DNA of 64,000 nucleotides, taken from contig NC_088853.1 of assembly GCF_963853765.1 (NCBI RefSeq), positions 65,906,001 to 65,970,000 on the forward strand. The letters are read 5' to 3'. A program made the translations under genes and the position numbers. Below are positions 63,395-64,000 of the stretch, piece by piece; position 1 is the first letter of the stretch; each line of letters begins with the position of its first letter. A model generated the notes under the pieces. It made no database searches, was not told the origin of the DNA, and was given only the letters and a program-made list of their open reading frames with translations. Origin of the DNA: Magallana gigas. Taxonomy: Eukaryota.

Positions 63395-64000
63395 TTATTC
63401 ATCCATCATCGGCACCCGTGGATAGAGGGTCGGCACGGATGGCGAGGCGACTTCTCGCGGAGCGTCTCCTGCGTTCCTCTGTTGCGTAGACATCGCGGCC
63501 TTCTCTTCCAGGTATTTACGTGCCAGCTCTGGGTCCGGTCGATAGTATTTGGTCCATGGATAGTCTTCATTTTCCTCCTCTCCAAGAAATGGTTGTGCTA
63601 GTTTAGTCGAAATTGTCCCCGTGTTACTGGTCAATTTGCGAGCGTCTCCTGCGTTCCTCTGTTGCGTAGACATCGCGGCCTTCTCTTCCAGGTATTTACG
63701 TGCCAGCTCTGGGTCCGGTCGATAGTATTTGGTCCATGGATAGTCTTCATTTTCCTCCTCTCCAAGAAATGGTTGTGCTAGTTTAGTCGAAATTGTCCCC
63801 GTGTTACTGGTCAATTTGCGAGTTGCGATTCTTCCGCCTCGTCGGGGTTTCTCTTGGATCCTAGTGACTTTCGGGATTGGTTCAAGTTCAATAATGTCGC
63901 TAGAGGTCCTTTTCTCTGGATTCTCACAACAAAATACAGTGTCTTTGGAAGAACCTTTCTTATCTCCGTCACTACCCCTTTTTCGACAACCTGTCCAGCA
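63395..64000 (-). CDS. C-terminal part of an LTR-retrotransposon ORF (open to window edge) containing a perfect 180-bp in-frame duplication
   Basis: The frame is open from 64000 (CWTGCRKRGSDG...) to the stop at 63395. The 60-aa unit RKLTSNTGTISTKLAQPFLGEEENEDYPWTKYYRPDPELARKYLEEKAAMSTQQRNAGDA occurs twice. No catalytic motif is recognised. Confidence 0.6.
   Translation of the reverse strand, partial: CWTGCRKRGSDGDKKGSSKDTVFCCENPEKRTSSDIIELEPIPKVTRIQEKPRRGGRIATRKLTSNTGTISTKLAQPFLGEEENEDYPWTKYYRPDPELARKYLEEKAAMSTQQRNAGDARKLTSNTGTISTKLAQPFLGEEENEDYPWTKYYRPDPELARKYLEEKAAMSTQQRNAGDAPREVASPSVPTLYPRVPMMDE

Overview
AT-rich eukaryotic genomic scaffold with spliced genes, microsatellites and four N gaps. 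The repeat content (a 166-bp satellite inside a Helitron-type element) points to a Crassostrea/Magallana-type oyster; this is an inference. The core of the window is a cluster of multi-exon immune-type genes combining non-canonical F-type lectin (fucolectin/FTP-like) domains with EGF-like repeats. Gene A (-, 17043-12163) appears truncated. Gene B (-, 32405-26961) has 1 lectin domain plus 5 EGF exons and a decayed membrane/tail region. Gene C (+, 51083-59725) has 13 exons, 3 lectin domains, 2 EGF modules and an unassigned C-terminal domain. There is also an orphan pseudo-exon copy of gene C exon 2 (20620-20806). Other content: a two-exon relic of a SET8/KMT5A-like SET gene, a five-copy degenerate array with a cryptic conserved reading frame (5.2-8.5 kb), and many mobile elements (Helentron-type non-autonomous elements, TA- and TTAA-type MITEs, a 4.1-kb TAA-flanked TIR element, an internally deleted Gypsy, a Penelope RT fragment, and a Tc1 transposase interrupted by a Gypsy LTR). 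I found no rRNA, tRNA or CRISPR features. All exon coordinates were derived by hand from GT-AG sites and frame continuity; family assignments come from motif recognition, not database searches.
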